From: an uncultured cyanobacterium
GTDB lineage: Bacteria; Cyanobacteriota; Cyanobacteriia; Cyanobacteriales; CAWUOF01
DNA: 64,000 nt
Direction: 5' to 3'
Assembly (NCBI GenBank): GCA_963744145.1
Contig: CAVUSO010000001.1
Coordinates: 7,040,001 to 7,104,000, forward strand
The position numbers were made by a program, and so were the translations under genes. Below, in pieces: positions 9,801 to 18,765 of this stretch (its first letter is position 1; every line of letters starts with the position of its first letter). The notes under the pieces were generated by a model. That model saw only the letters and a list, made by a program, of their open reading frames with translations. It was not told where the DNA came from and searched no databases.

Positions 9801-12800
9801 ATCTGACTGGAAATGTTACTTTAAATGCTAATGGTAGTGTCACCACTCAAGCAATTACTACTTCAGGAAATTCCCTGACAATTAACAGCAACTTAGGTCA
9901 AATTAATACGACAGCAGGAGTTCTAGATACTAGCTCTAATAGTCAAGGTGGTGATATTAGTTTATCAGCTCTACATGATGGAATTATTACCAATGATTTG
10001 AATAGCAATTCTCTTGGTAGTGGTCATGGTGGTAATATTACCATCAGTAGTGGGGATGCGATTAATATTACAGGTGGTAAACTTAATACCAGTTCCCTGA
10101 GTGGAAAAGCTGGAGATGTTCTCCTAACTGCGACTAGTAATATCTCAACTAATGATATTAATACTACTACTAATGGTAGTGGTGCTGCTGGAAATATTAC
10201 TATCAATAGTACAGGTGGAGCAATTACTAATATTACTGGTGCTTTTAAAGCTAATGCTGATTCAGCCAAAGGTGGTAATATTACTTTAAATGCTAGTAGC
10301 GATATTCAGATTAATCAAAATATTAATACCAGTTCTAACGGAAATGGAAATGGTGGTGATATTACCTTAACTAGCACGAAGGGATCAGTCAATATAAATT
10401 CGCTGATCGCAACTTCAGCTTTGGCAAATTCTGGGAATTTAACTCTTAGTGCAGCCAATAATATTAATGCTTCATTTATTTCCGCAACAGTCAATCGAGG
10501 TAATGGAGGTAATATTAATTTTAACACCACTAATGGTGCAATTAATCTTAATTTTATTAGTGTCGATTCTAATCTGGGTAAAGGGGGGACGATTCTGCTC
10601 CAAGCAGGTGGGAATATTAATACAGGAGACCTGAATTCTCATAGTAATACGGGTCAAGGAGGAAATACAACTATCATCAGTAAAAACAGCATGGTGAATG
10701 TTGGTAATATTAGTGCAAATGGAGGTGCAAGTGGTGGGAATATTAATTTACAAGCAAGCACCCAAATTACGGGAAAACAAATAGATACCAGTAGTAGTAG
10801 TGGTGCAGGAGGAAATGTAAAGATTGACCCAAGTGGAGATGTGCAAGTGAGTAATATTAATACTGCTGGTAGCACAACTGGAGGTAATGTAAATGTAACA
10901 GCGGGTCATTTTTTACGAGTAAATGTGCCGATCGCGACAAGTAATTGTGGAACCTTTAGTATTTGCACAGTTGGAAATACTCAAGGAGGAAGTATTTTGC
11001 TGACCCATGGAGGTGATGGTATCACACCTTTTATAGTGGGAAATACCAGTCAAAATGGGACGGTAAGTACAATTTATAAGGGAAACAGCACGGGAGAAAA
11101 AATTAGTAATGGTTCTTTTTTAGTTAGTCAATCGCAAGATAATGGAAACTTAGAAATCATTACTAATTCTCCCAGTAATTCTCCCCCAGCAATTGCTCCC
11201 GTAATTCCCCCAATAACTCCTCCCATAACTCCTCCTATAACTCCCCCAATAACTCCTCCTATAACTCCCCCAATAACTCCTCCCATAACTCCCCCAATAA
11301 CTCCTCCCGTAATTCCTGTAATCAATCCGATCGTAACTCCCGCAAATACTTCTTCAGTGACTACTCCTATCAATTCCCCAGGGAATTCTTCAATAAATTT
11401 ATTGAATTTTGAGAATGTAGGACAAGTATTTAACCAGAATTTTTCCCACTTAGAAAAAACTACTCAATTAGCCATTAATGAATCTACATTTCAAACTGAA
11501 GTGATTCTTCCTTCCTTTATTCGTGCTGAAGCTGAAAAACAACTGGATCAGGGGCAAATCTCGGAAGCAACTGCTTCGATTGATCGTCTTTATAGTGAAG
11601 ATGTAAATAATTATATTGGCGATCGCGCTAATAATAGTTCTACCTCAATTACCCAAATTCAGAACCGATTACAGAAAATAGAACAAGCAACCGGAACAAC
11701 ACCAATCATCATTTATTTATTAACTCGTCCAGCGCAATTAGATTTAATTTTAGTACCAGTCAAAGGTAGCCCAATTTTTCATAGCGTCAGTGATGCTTCA
11801 GCCCAGAAACTTTTAAAAACTGTTGAAACATTACGCAATGAAATTTCATCACCTTCTCAACGCCAATTCACCACTTACCTAAATTCTGCTCAACAACTTT
11901 ATCAATGGATAATTGCACCAATCAAAGCCGATTTAGATAGATTAAAGATTAATACTCTAGTCTTCTCAATGGATCAAGGACTACGTTCTTTACCGATCGC
12001 CGCATTACATGACGGTCAACACTTTTTAGTCGAAAATTATAGTATCGGAATAGTGCCGAGTATTAGTTTAACCGATTCTAACTATGAATCCCTCAAAAAC
12101 TCATCAGTATTAGCAATGGGGGGAAGTAAATTTAGTCATCAAAACCCTCTTCCTGCTGTGCCGATTGAACTATCAACCATTGTCAAAAATGCAGACTTAA
12201 TCCCTCAAACTCCTATTTCCCCTACACCTAACTCAGAAAATCTCAAAAACGGACTTTGGAATGGGAAAGCTTTTCTCAATGAAACCTTTACCTTGGCAAA
12301 TTTAAAAGAACAACATTTAGCGAAAAAATATGGAATTATTCACCTCGCTACTCATGGAGAATTTAAGTCAGGAGAAGCGGGTAATTCTTACATTCAACTT
12401 TCTGATACTCAATTACACTTAAATCAGGTACGTCAACTGGGATGGAATGATCCTCCAGTCAATTTATTAGTGTTGAGTGCTTGTCGAACTGCATTAGGTG
12501 ACGAAGAAGTAGAATTAGGTTTTGCGGGATTAGCAGTCCAAACAGGAGTCAAGTCAGCTTTAGCAAGTTTATGGTATGTCAGCGACGAGGGTACATTAGG
12601 ACTAATGAGTGAATTTTACTGGCAACTTCAACAAAAAAATGTTACCATCAAAGCTGAAGCTCTACGACAAGCCCAAATCGCCATGATTAAAGGACAAGTG
12701 CGAGTCCAAGATGGTAAACTAATCTTACCGATCGGTACTATCTCCTTACCACCAGAATTAGCCAAAACCCAGAATATCAAATTACAACATCCCTATTATT

Positions 12801-12835
12801 GGTCTGCTTTTACACTGATCGGTAGTCCTTGGTAA
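6881..12835 (+). CDS. Large TpsA-like haemagglutinin with FG-GAP-like repeats, Pro-rich linker and C-terminal CHAT domain
   Basis: Likely start ATG 6881 (MKYFLK...LAQ signal peptide) rather than 6788; NLFHSF/LFLMNPAG; 7 x 53-aa FGxSV..NLLIGAP repeats; HLATHG and LSAC dyad; HPYYWSAFTLIGSPW end. Confidence 0.9.
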   Translation: MKYFLKIINGCLTIVPLVLGCGNIYSGLAQSIIPTSNSTNTLVTQVGNKYNINGGTLSGDRTNLFHSFEQFGLSAGETANFISNPGIRNILGRVTGGNPSLINGLIQVTGGNSNLFLMNPAGIVFGTNASLNVPASFTATTATGIGFSNNQWFNAIANNNYSNLLGSPSQFAFDLTKSGNIINAGNLTVPNGENLTLLGGNVINTGQLKAPAGNITITAVPNQNIVTISAPGNILSLEITPPRNQNGQILPINPVDLPTLLTGNNPLPGLSVNGTGKVQLNPSGIILPNETGLAIASGNINTSAPNLGGNINILGNKVGLFNANLDGSGTNQGGTIRIGGDYQGGGTLPHAQQTLITSDVNINANATETGNGGKVIIWSDNLTRYYGNITARGGMNSGDGGFVEASGKDLLIFTGKVDAGATLGKPGTLLLDPKNITITNASSPLATFLNPNPVTNGSFGNSVAGSGSNLLVGAPENTSGGFPLTGQAFLFNTNGGLLQIFNNPNPLGGGNFGNSVAFAGSNLLIGAPGNTSSGVSGAGQAFLFNTGGSLLQTLNNPNPVASGNFGNSVAASSSNLLIGAYKNTSGGFLQAGQAFLFNSNGGLLQTFNNPNPSGGGNFGNSVALSSNNLLIGAPNNQSGGVSQAGQAFLFNTSGTLLQTLENPNSSPIGQFGWSVAFTGSNLLIGAPGNSSGGFAGAGQAFLFNSQVELQQTFNNPNPVANGNFGISIAPSNNNVLVGASGNTSGIFTKAGQTFLFDSSGNILQTFNSPNPQNNGYFGISVTPVDNNLLVGAAGEISAIVPGAGKSYLIAPTYASALSFNDNPSLSLNLDPLNITSVTNTGTNVVLQANNDITVQQPVITNAGGNGGTLTLQAGRSIIVNANITTDNGNLTLVANETAANGVQSQYIDPGFSNIMVAPGVTLNSGIGDTTIRINTGATSGSGGDINLQNIIAKNLVVENLGFSNSKIILNTPLNLTGNVTLNANGSVTTQAITTSGNSLTINSNLGQINTTAGVLDTSSNSQGGDISLSALHDGIITNDLNSNSLGSGHGGNITISSGDAINITGGKLNTSSLSGKAGDVLLTATSNISTNDINTTTNGSGAAGNITINSTGGAITNITGAFKANADSAKGGNITLNASSDIQINQNINTSSNGNGNGGDITLTSTKGSVNINSLIATSALANSGNLTLSAANNINASFISATVNRGNGGNINFNTTNGAINLNFISVDSNLGKGGTILLQAGGNINTGDLNSHSNTGQGGNTTIISKNSMVNVGNISANGGASGGNINLQASTQITGKQIDTSSSSGAGGNVKIDPSGDVQVSNINTAGSTTGGNVNVTAGHFLRVNVPIATSNCGTFSICTVGNTQGGSILLTHGGDGITPFIVGNTSQNGTVSTIYKGNSTGEKISNGSFLVSQSQDNGNLEIITNSPSNSPPAIAPVIPPITPPITPPITPPITPPITPPITPPITPPITPPVIPVINPIVTPANTSSVTTPINSPGNSSINLLNFENVGQVFNQNFSHLEKTTQLAINESTFQTEVILPSFIRAEAEKQLDQGQISEATASIDRLYSEDVNNYIGDRANNSSTSITQIQNRLQKIEQATGTTPIIIYLLTRPAQLDLILVPVKGSPIFHSVSDASAQKLLKTVETLRNEISSPSQRQFTTYLNSAQQLYQWIIAPIKADLDRLKINTLVFSMDQGLRSLPIAALHDGQHFLVENYSIGIVPSISLTDSNYESLKNSSVLAMGGSKFSHQNPLPAVPIELSTIVKNADLIPQTPISPTPNSENLKNGLWNGKAFLNETFTLANLKEQHLAKKYGIIHLATHGEFKSGEAGNSYIQLSDTQLHLNQVRQLGWNDPPVNLLVLSACRTALGDEEVELGFAGLAVQTGVKSALASLWYVSDEGTLGLMSEFYWQLQQKNVTIKAEALRQAQIAMIKGQVRVQDGKLILPIGTISLPPELAKTQNIKLQHPYYWSAFTLIGSPW
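8225..9310 (+). repeat. Seven 159-bp (53-aa) FG-GAP/integrin-alpha-like repeats
   Basis: Recurring NPNP..G.FG.SVA...NLLIGAP.N.SGG...AGQAFLF in the translation. Confidence 0.85.
11207..11302 (+). repeat. 12-bp tandem repeat x8 encoding (PPIT)8
   Basis: CC(C/T)CC(A/C/T)ATAACT units. Confidence 0.9.
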
Positions 12836-12847
12836 AAAATTAGTCAT

Positions 12848-15800
12848 CTAGGGTTCGCTGAATAAATGTTTATACCGCTTGTCCTGACTACTTGGGCAAT
12901 TGCTATAACTAATCGGTAAAGATAGAATAAACTCAGTACCTACCCCTAACTCCGAATTAACTTTAATTGTTCCTTGATGTTTTTTCTCAATAATTTCATG
13001 AGCGATCGCTAAACCCAAACCCGTTCCCTTTCCTACAGATTTAGTGGTAAACAAGTGATTAAATATTTGACTTTTTACTTCTTCAGTCATCCCTTTGCCG
13101 TTATCAGATATTCTAATCTCAACAGCTTTTTTTGCTGTGATTACACTGGTTTGAATTGTGATTTTTTGCCTTGTAGTTTGTAAATCAGCCCAAGAAGATA
13201 ATTGGGCAACTTCATCAAACATATCGATCGCATTAGCCATGATATTCATAAACACCTGGTTCAATTGTCCAGCATAGCAGTTTACTTGAGGTAAATCGCC
13301 ATAGTGTTTAATTACTTGAATTTCGGGGCGATTCTCCGTAGCTTTGAGACGATGTTTGAGAATCATTATGGTACTATCAATCCCATCGTGGATATTGCAA
13401 GCAACCGGATGGTTCACATCCGCACGGGAGAAAGTTCTTAAGCTTGTGCTGATATCTTTAATTCGGTTCACTCCTTCCCGCATTGAGCTAACTAATTTGG
13501 GTAAATCTTCTCGAATATACTCAAGATCAATGGTTGCTATTTCTGCTTCAACTTCTGGATGTAATTGCGGATATTTTTCTTGGACTAGATCGAGCAATCC
13601 CAACAGATCATTGATGTAATCTAGAGCGGGTTGAATATTGCCACCGAGGAAACCAATCGGGTTATTTATTTCATGCGCGACCCCCGCGACTAGATTTCCT
13701 AATGTGGACATTTTTTCGCTTTGAATAATAGTCAGTTGCGCTTGTTGGAGATCGGTTAAAGCTTGTTGTGCTTTTTGATATAAACGCGCATTTTCTAAGG
13801 AAATGGCAGCTTGAGCGCAAATTAAATTCAGGACTTCAATGCGATCGCTAGTAAACGCTCCCATAGTTACATTATTTTCTAGATATAAAACCCCGAGCAA
13901 CTGTCCCTGATTCAGAATTGGGCTGCAAAGGATACTTTTTGGCTGGTATTTTTGGATGTAACGATCACCAGCAAACTGAGAATTTATCCCGACATCTGCT
14001 AATACTAAAGGTTCTAGAGTTCGCTTGACAGTATTCACCAAACTAATTGCCACATCCTGGCTCAATTCTAGGGAAATTGATGGTAAAATTTGTGGTGATT
14101 CTCCTGCTGATCCCAATGCGACTATTTTTAAATCTAGATCTTGTTTCATCAGCAAGACACATTTACTTGCTCCCGCATTGGCAATAACTATTTCTATAAG
14201 AGTAGTTAAAAGTTTATTTAGTTCAATTCTTCCAGAAATCGTTTGAGATGCTTTGAGCAGAGTTGCTAAATCTATTGCTTCAGAGACACTGCTAGAAATG
14301 TGAGTACCAGAGATTGTTCCTTGTCCCAATGTTTCCTTGCAGAAGTTAGTAAGGCGAGGTGGTTGTAGAATGGGCGCGAGGAGTTGAGGATAACGTTTTT
14401 CTAAATCAATAACTTTTGCTTTGGCTCCCCATCGACTGTAAGCATAATAAGCATCAAGCGCATGAATTTGGGCAAATTTTTCTTTCCCCCATTCTAAGTA
14501 AAACTTCATTGCCAATTCATTAGCTAGTGCTTCTTCGTTGAAAAATTTATTTTCTTTAGCAAGAAAGATGGCATGATCGTAATGTTCGAGTGCTTCGATT
14601 TTATGCCCTAAAACCCGTTGCCGTTCTGCTTCAACTAAATGCCATTTGTGTAGATGATTCATGGGAGCATTTTGCGCCCACTGTTTCAAAGTAGTTTGAT
14701 CAGTTTCCCCTAAGTCAGCTTGTTCCTGCTCTGTAGATAAAAGTGCTAAATGCGTCAGGGCTGTATAGAAATAGAAAATTGGAATAAAAATCATGGCTGA
14801 TACTGACATCAAATACTGTTTAGCTTGGGTGCTATAGTCTAGAGCAGCCTTGTAATTGCCAAAAATGTAGGCGAGGATAAGTTTGTAGATATAAGCAAAA
14901 GCAATCAAGGTAAAATCGTTATTCTGAAGTTGCTGAGGAATTATTACTGTTTCATCGTAGGTATCACCAATTAAGGAATCTGGCAGAATACGAGTTTCTC
15001 TCAAATTCTGCACTACCTGTTGTGTCAGATTCAAATAAGCCTGGGAAGAATATTGTTTTGTCTGGACTAAAACAGCCCTATAACCTATTATTTCCGGTTC
15101 CCAAGTATCCAGTTCTACCCCGCCTAAAAGGTTCGCATTGAAGTAAGTACAAATAGAGTAGCTACTGTTGAGAAAATCGCCAGTTTCCATCCCAGTTGTA
15201 TAGCCATCTTTCAGCGTCAGCATCATTGCTCTCAGAGATTCCTGATGGTGCTGAATAAAACAGCCAAACAGAAATATAACTGTAGACTTGTATTCTCGCA
15301 CATGATTAAATCGGTCAAGTAAATTCAGTGCCAATCGCCCAAAGTTATAGCCTGTTTTGACATCTCCCAAAAAAGCACACAATACTATACTGTGAATTGC
15401 ATACCCCACCGTTGATGCGGGTGCATTCCCAAACTGGAGCGATAAACTCACCATTGTCGCGCTGAGGATAGGTGTTAATCCCGGCATTCCCTGCATAATA
15501 GGTGTAAATAACATTCCTAATAGTTGCATGGTTGCCTGAGTCTGGCGATCGCTCATTACAGGTAGATCGATTAGTTCCTCAATCCCTCTGTCGTTTTGCA
15601 GTTTAGCTAAAGTCTGAAATGCTTTGCTAATTTTACCTTCGTCAGGTACAGCAGGGAGTTCAATCCCTAATAGTGCTAGAGCATCTCTTCCCACGGCGAT
15701 CGCTTCTAACATCTGGCTCTTGGCTGTCAGTGATGCGATTAAAGTTTCGTAAATTTTTATTTTGTCTAAAATCGTCTTAGCTCTTTCTAACACCAGTGTA

Positions 15801-18277
15801 GCCATCTCTTCCATCTGGTCAAGATCAGCATTCAAATAAGCGGTTTCGGTAGCAGCCACATAGAGATTTAATGTCAATTCATACTGATTTTGCCAGCAGT
15901 CTGCTGTCAATAGGTCAATTCCTATTTGCAAATAAATTCTGGCTGCTGTATATGCTGTAGAATTTCTGGCTTTCTGTCCAGCTTTTAAATTGAGTTTGGC
16001 TAAGGCTTCCCGTTCCTGCGGTGCGGTGATTAGCTCTTGTCCTTGGTTAAAATGTCTGACAATATCAAACAGTTTTTCCTCTTGCTCTACTAAGGAGGAA
16101 CTGTGCAGTAGTAATTGGCCAATTTTCAGGTGAGTTGCTTGTTTTTGGTCATCGGGAATCAATGAATAGGCAGCTTGTTGGACGCGATCGTGCAAAAATC
16201 GATAAGTCGGATTGGCTGAGGTTTGCCAAACCTCTTTACTATCTGATTGGGTAAAAAACTTATAGATTCTGGTGATGGGAATTACCAAGCCTTCTTGCAA
16301 TGCTTTCCATAAAGTTGTAGCTGTTATGCTCACAGACTGCTCGCTAACAATTACTAAAGTATTGAAATCAAATTCGGCTCCAATACAAGCTGCTAATTTG
16401 AGCATATCCTGAGTCTGAGTCGGCAATTTCTGCAATTGCAGCGCCATGAACTCCACCACATCATCGGTGAGTACCAATGCTTTAACTTTGGCAATATCGC
16501 ACTGCCAATGCTGCATATCCCAATCAAAACTAATTAATTTATCATCATGTAAGGATTTGAGAAACTGGGTTGCAAAGAAAGGATTTCCTTGGGTTTTTTG
16601 ATAAACCAATTGTGTTAAAGGTTTGGCTAGGGATAATTCACAATTGAGAGTATCTGCTACCAGTGAATTCAGATCTAATTCCCTTAACGGTGGCAAGGTA
16701 ATTGTATTTACTGTTGCCCCAGTTTTGACTAGCTCATCTACAGTTAAAATAAATGGATGCACTGGTGAGACTTCATGATCGCGATAAGCTCCTAATACTA
16801 ATAAATATCCCGTATCTTGCAGCAGCAATTTTAATAAATTTAGAGAAGCGGAATCTGCCCACTGCAAGTCATCCAAAAATATCACTAAGGGATGTTCTTG
16901 GCTGGTGAAAACTTGCAGAAACTTTTGAAATAGCAAATTAAACCGATTTTGGACAGCATTGCCTGATAGTTCTGTAGCTGGTGACTGTTTGCCAATAATA
17001 TGTTCTAACTCAGGAATTACGTCAATCAAGACTTGTCCACTATCCCCAACAGCTTCGATAATTTGAGTTTTCCAGGTTTGCAATTGGTCATCTGATTCAG
17101 ATAGTAATTGTGCCATTAAGTCGCGGAAAGCTTGCACGAAGGCACTGAAGGGAATATTCCGTTGAAATTGGTCATATTTGCCTTTGATGAAATACCCCCG
17201 TTGTCGCACAATGGGTTTATGGACTTCATTGACAACAGCGGTTTTTCCAATCCCAGAAAATCCCGCTACTAGCATGATTTCTGTTTTACCTGTGCTGACT
17301 CTCTCAAAGGCAGTTAATAGTTGATTGATTTCGGTTTCTCTACCATAGAGTTTTTCCGGGATAATGAAGCGATCGCTAATATCCCGCTCTCCTAGTTTAA
17401 AGCTTTCTAATTTACCTGTTGTTTGTAATTGCGTTAAACAAATCTCTAGATCGTGCTTGAGTCCTAACGCAGTTTGATAGCGGTTTTCCGCATTCTTTGC
17501 CATTAGTTTGCTAACTATTTCTGACAAAACTAGAGGAATTTCTGAATTGATTTGATGAATGAGAATTGGATGTTTAGCCAAATGACAATGGACTAATTCC
17601 ATTGCATCTGCTGCTTCAAATGGTAATTTCCCGATCAATAACTGATAGAATGTCACTCCCAGGGAATAAAAGTCGCTCCGATAATCTATCCCTCGATTCA
17701 TTCTGCCTGTTTGTTCAGGAGAAATATAGGCTAATGTGCCTTCTAAGACATTGGGATTTTGGATTTCTTGGGTTTCTCGCGGCAGGAGGGAAGAAATACT
17801 AAAGTCAATTAATTTGACTTGTTTTGTATCTGGATTAATTAGAATATTAGCAGGTTTGATATCTTTGTGAATCACCTGGTTTTGGTACAGATAATGGAGA
17901 ATATCTGCCAATTGAATTGCTATGTTCAGAAATTCTCCTAAAGGCAAATATTTATTGATTTGGTTGATATTTATATCTAAATTACTAGAGGCTGATAAAG
18001 AGACTCCGCCAAAGTCTTCCATAATTAAAGCGTAGCTATTGCGATATACTTCTAGGACTAGACACTGAATGATACTAGGAATATTAAGATTTTTGGCGAT
18101 AGTATATTGGTTACGAAACTGGAGAAGTTCGTTAAAGTTAGGATATTCGTTCCGCAACAATTTTATTACCACAGCTAGTTGGTCTTTGGTCCGAATCCCG
18201 CGATAGACGACCGTGCGTGTGCCTGAGTAGATTTCCTCGATAATTTGATAATTTGGTAAATTAGGGATAAAATTCAT
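12848..18277 (-). CDS. Trifunctional Ser/Thr kinase - AAA ATPase - GAF - histidine kinase (HstK type)
   Basis: HKDIKPAN, DFS, Walker [37 protein letters not shown]-box AHEINNP, GKGTGLGL. Confidence 0.93.
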   Translation of the reverse strand: MNFIPNLPNYQIIEEIYSGTRTVVYRGIRTKDQLAVVIKLLRNEYPNFNELLQFRNQYTIAKNLNIPSIIQCLVLEVYRNSYALIMEDFGGVSLSASSNLDININQINKYLPLGEFLNIAIQLADILHYLYQNQVIHKDIKPANILINPDTKQVKLIDFSISSLLPRETQEIQNPNVLEGTLAYISPEQTGRMNRGIDYRSDFYSLGVTFYQLLIGKLPFEAADAMELVHCHLAKHPILIHQINSEIPLVLSEIVSKLMAKNAENRYQTALGLKHDLEICLTQLQTTGKLESFKLGERDISDRFIIPEKLYGRETEINQLLTAFERVSTGKTEIMLVAGFSGIGKTAVVNEVHKPIVRQRGYFIKGKYDQFQRNIPFSAFVQAFRDLMAQLLSESDDQLQTWKTQIIEAVGDSGQVLIDVIPELEHIIGKQSPATELSGNAVQNRFNLLFQKFLQVFTSQEHPLVIFLDDLQWADSASLNLLKLLLQDTGYLLVLGAYRDHEVSPVHPFILTVDELVKTGATVNTITLPPLRELDLNSLVADTLNCELSLAKPLTQLVYQKTQGNPFFATQFLKSLHDDKLISFDWDMQHWQCDIAKVKALVLTDDVVEFMALQLQKLPTQTQDMLKLAACIGAEFDFNTLVIVSEQSVSITATTLWKALQEGLVIPITRIYKFFTQSDSKEVWQTSANPTYRFLHDRVQQAAYSLIPDDQKQATHLKIGQLLLHSSSLVEQEEKLFDIVRHFNQGQELITAPQEREALAKLNLKAGQKARNSTAYTAARIYLQIGIDLLTADCWQNQYELTLNLYVAATETAYLNADLDQMEEMATLVLERAKTILDKIKIYETLIASLTAKSQMLEAIAVGRDALALLGIELPAVPDEGKISKAFQTLAKLQNDRGIEELIDLPVMSDRQTQATMQLLGMLFTPIMQGMPGLTPILSATMVSLSLQFGNAPASTVGYAIHSIVLCAFLGDVKTGYNFGRLALNLLDRFNHVREYKSTVIFLFGCFIQHHQESLRAMMLTLKDGYTTGMETGDFLNSSYSICTYFNANLLGGVELDTWEPEIIGYRAVLVQTKQYSSQAYLNLTQQVVQNLRETRILPDSLIGDTYDETVIIPQQLQNNDFTLIAFAYIYKLILAYIFGNYKAALDYSTQAKQYLMSVSAMIFIPIFYFYTALTHLALLSTEQEQADLGETDQTTLKQWAQNAPMNHLHKWHLVEAERQRVLGHKIEALEHYDHAIFLAKENKFFNEEALANELAMKFYLEWGKEKFAQIHALDAYYAYSRWGAKAKVIDLEKRYPQLLAPILQPPRLTNFCKETLGQGTISGTHISSSVSEAIDLATLLKASQTISGRIELNKLLTTLIEIVIANAGASKCVLLMKQDLDLKIVALGSAGESPQILPSISLELSQDVAISLVNTVKRTLEPLVLADVGINSQFAGDRYIQKYQPKSILCSPILNQGQLLGVLYLENNVTMGAFTSDRIEVLNLICAQAAISLENARLYQKAQQALTDLQQAQLTIIQSEKMSTLGNLVAGVAHEINNPIGFLGGNIQPALDYINDLLGLLDLVQEKYPQLHPEVEAEIATIDLEYIREDLPKLVSSMREGVNRIKDISTSLRTFSRADVNHPVACNIHDGIDSTIMILKHRLKATENRPEIQVIKHYGDLPQVNCYAGQLNQVFMNIMANAIDMFDEVAQLSSWADLQTTRQKITIQTSVITAKKAVEIRISDNGKGMTEEVKSQIFNHLFTTKSVGKGTGLGLAIAHEIIEKKHQGTIKVNSELGVGTEFILSLPISYSNCPSSQDKRYKHLFSEP

Positions 18278-18326
18278 AAGGTCAAGATTTTGATATTTCC
18301 CCTTTTATTTTGATTCATAACATAGT

Positions 18327-18392
18327 TCATGTCAATAATTTAATTGGCAGGAAGATCGCTAATCCTATTCCTACAGATTTAGTAGTAAACAA
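18327..18392 (-). pseudogene. Collapsed C-terminal remnant of a paralogous histidine kinase
   Basis: Reads LFTTKSVGIGLAIFLPIKLLT*; near-identical DNA to 13030-13054. Confidence 0.55.
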
Positions 18393-18765
18393 AAAAGAAA
18401 ATTTCTATTCCCAAAAAAATAATTCAATCTTGTATCATTAATTACAGAAAACTGGCAAATCATTGGTAATATTTTTGATTTTTTGGTAAAAATTCTCATA
18501 TCCCTCTACTATTCCCAAGTGATATATAATATTTTTAACTTGTATTCCTTCTGAAGTAACCATTTTTGAATAAATTTTTTAAATTTTGGCGGTTTTTTTA
18601 AATAATCTCATTTTTTGTCCCTCGATTATTTAAGTAATCATAATTATTTATAGCATTGGCCTTTATGTAACTTATATACTACAGATTGAAGTACAAAAGG
18701 TGGATATTTGGATTTAATGAGATGTCCTGATAGAATCAGCAATATTTGCTTTAGATGAAAATTCA

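Noticed and set aside
12848..12910. Complete MITE at the kinase 3' end
   Set aside because: AGGGTTCGCTGAATAA and ATTGCTATA resemble repeat ends, but no matching partner end or target duplication was found
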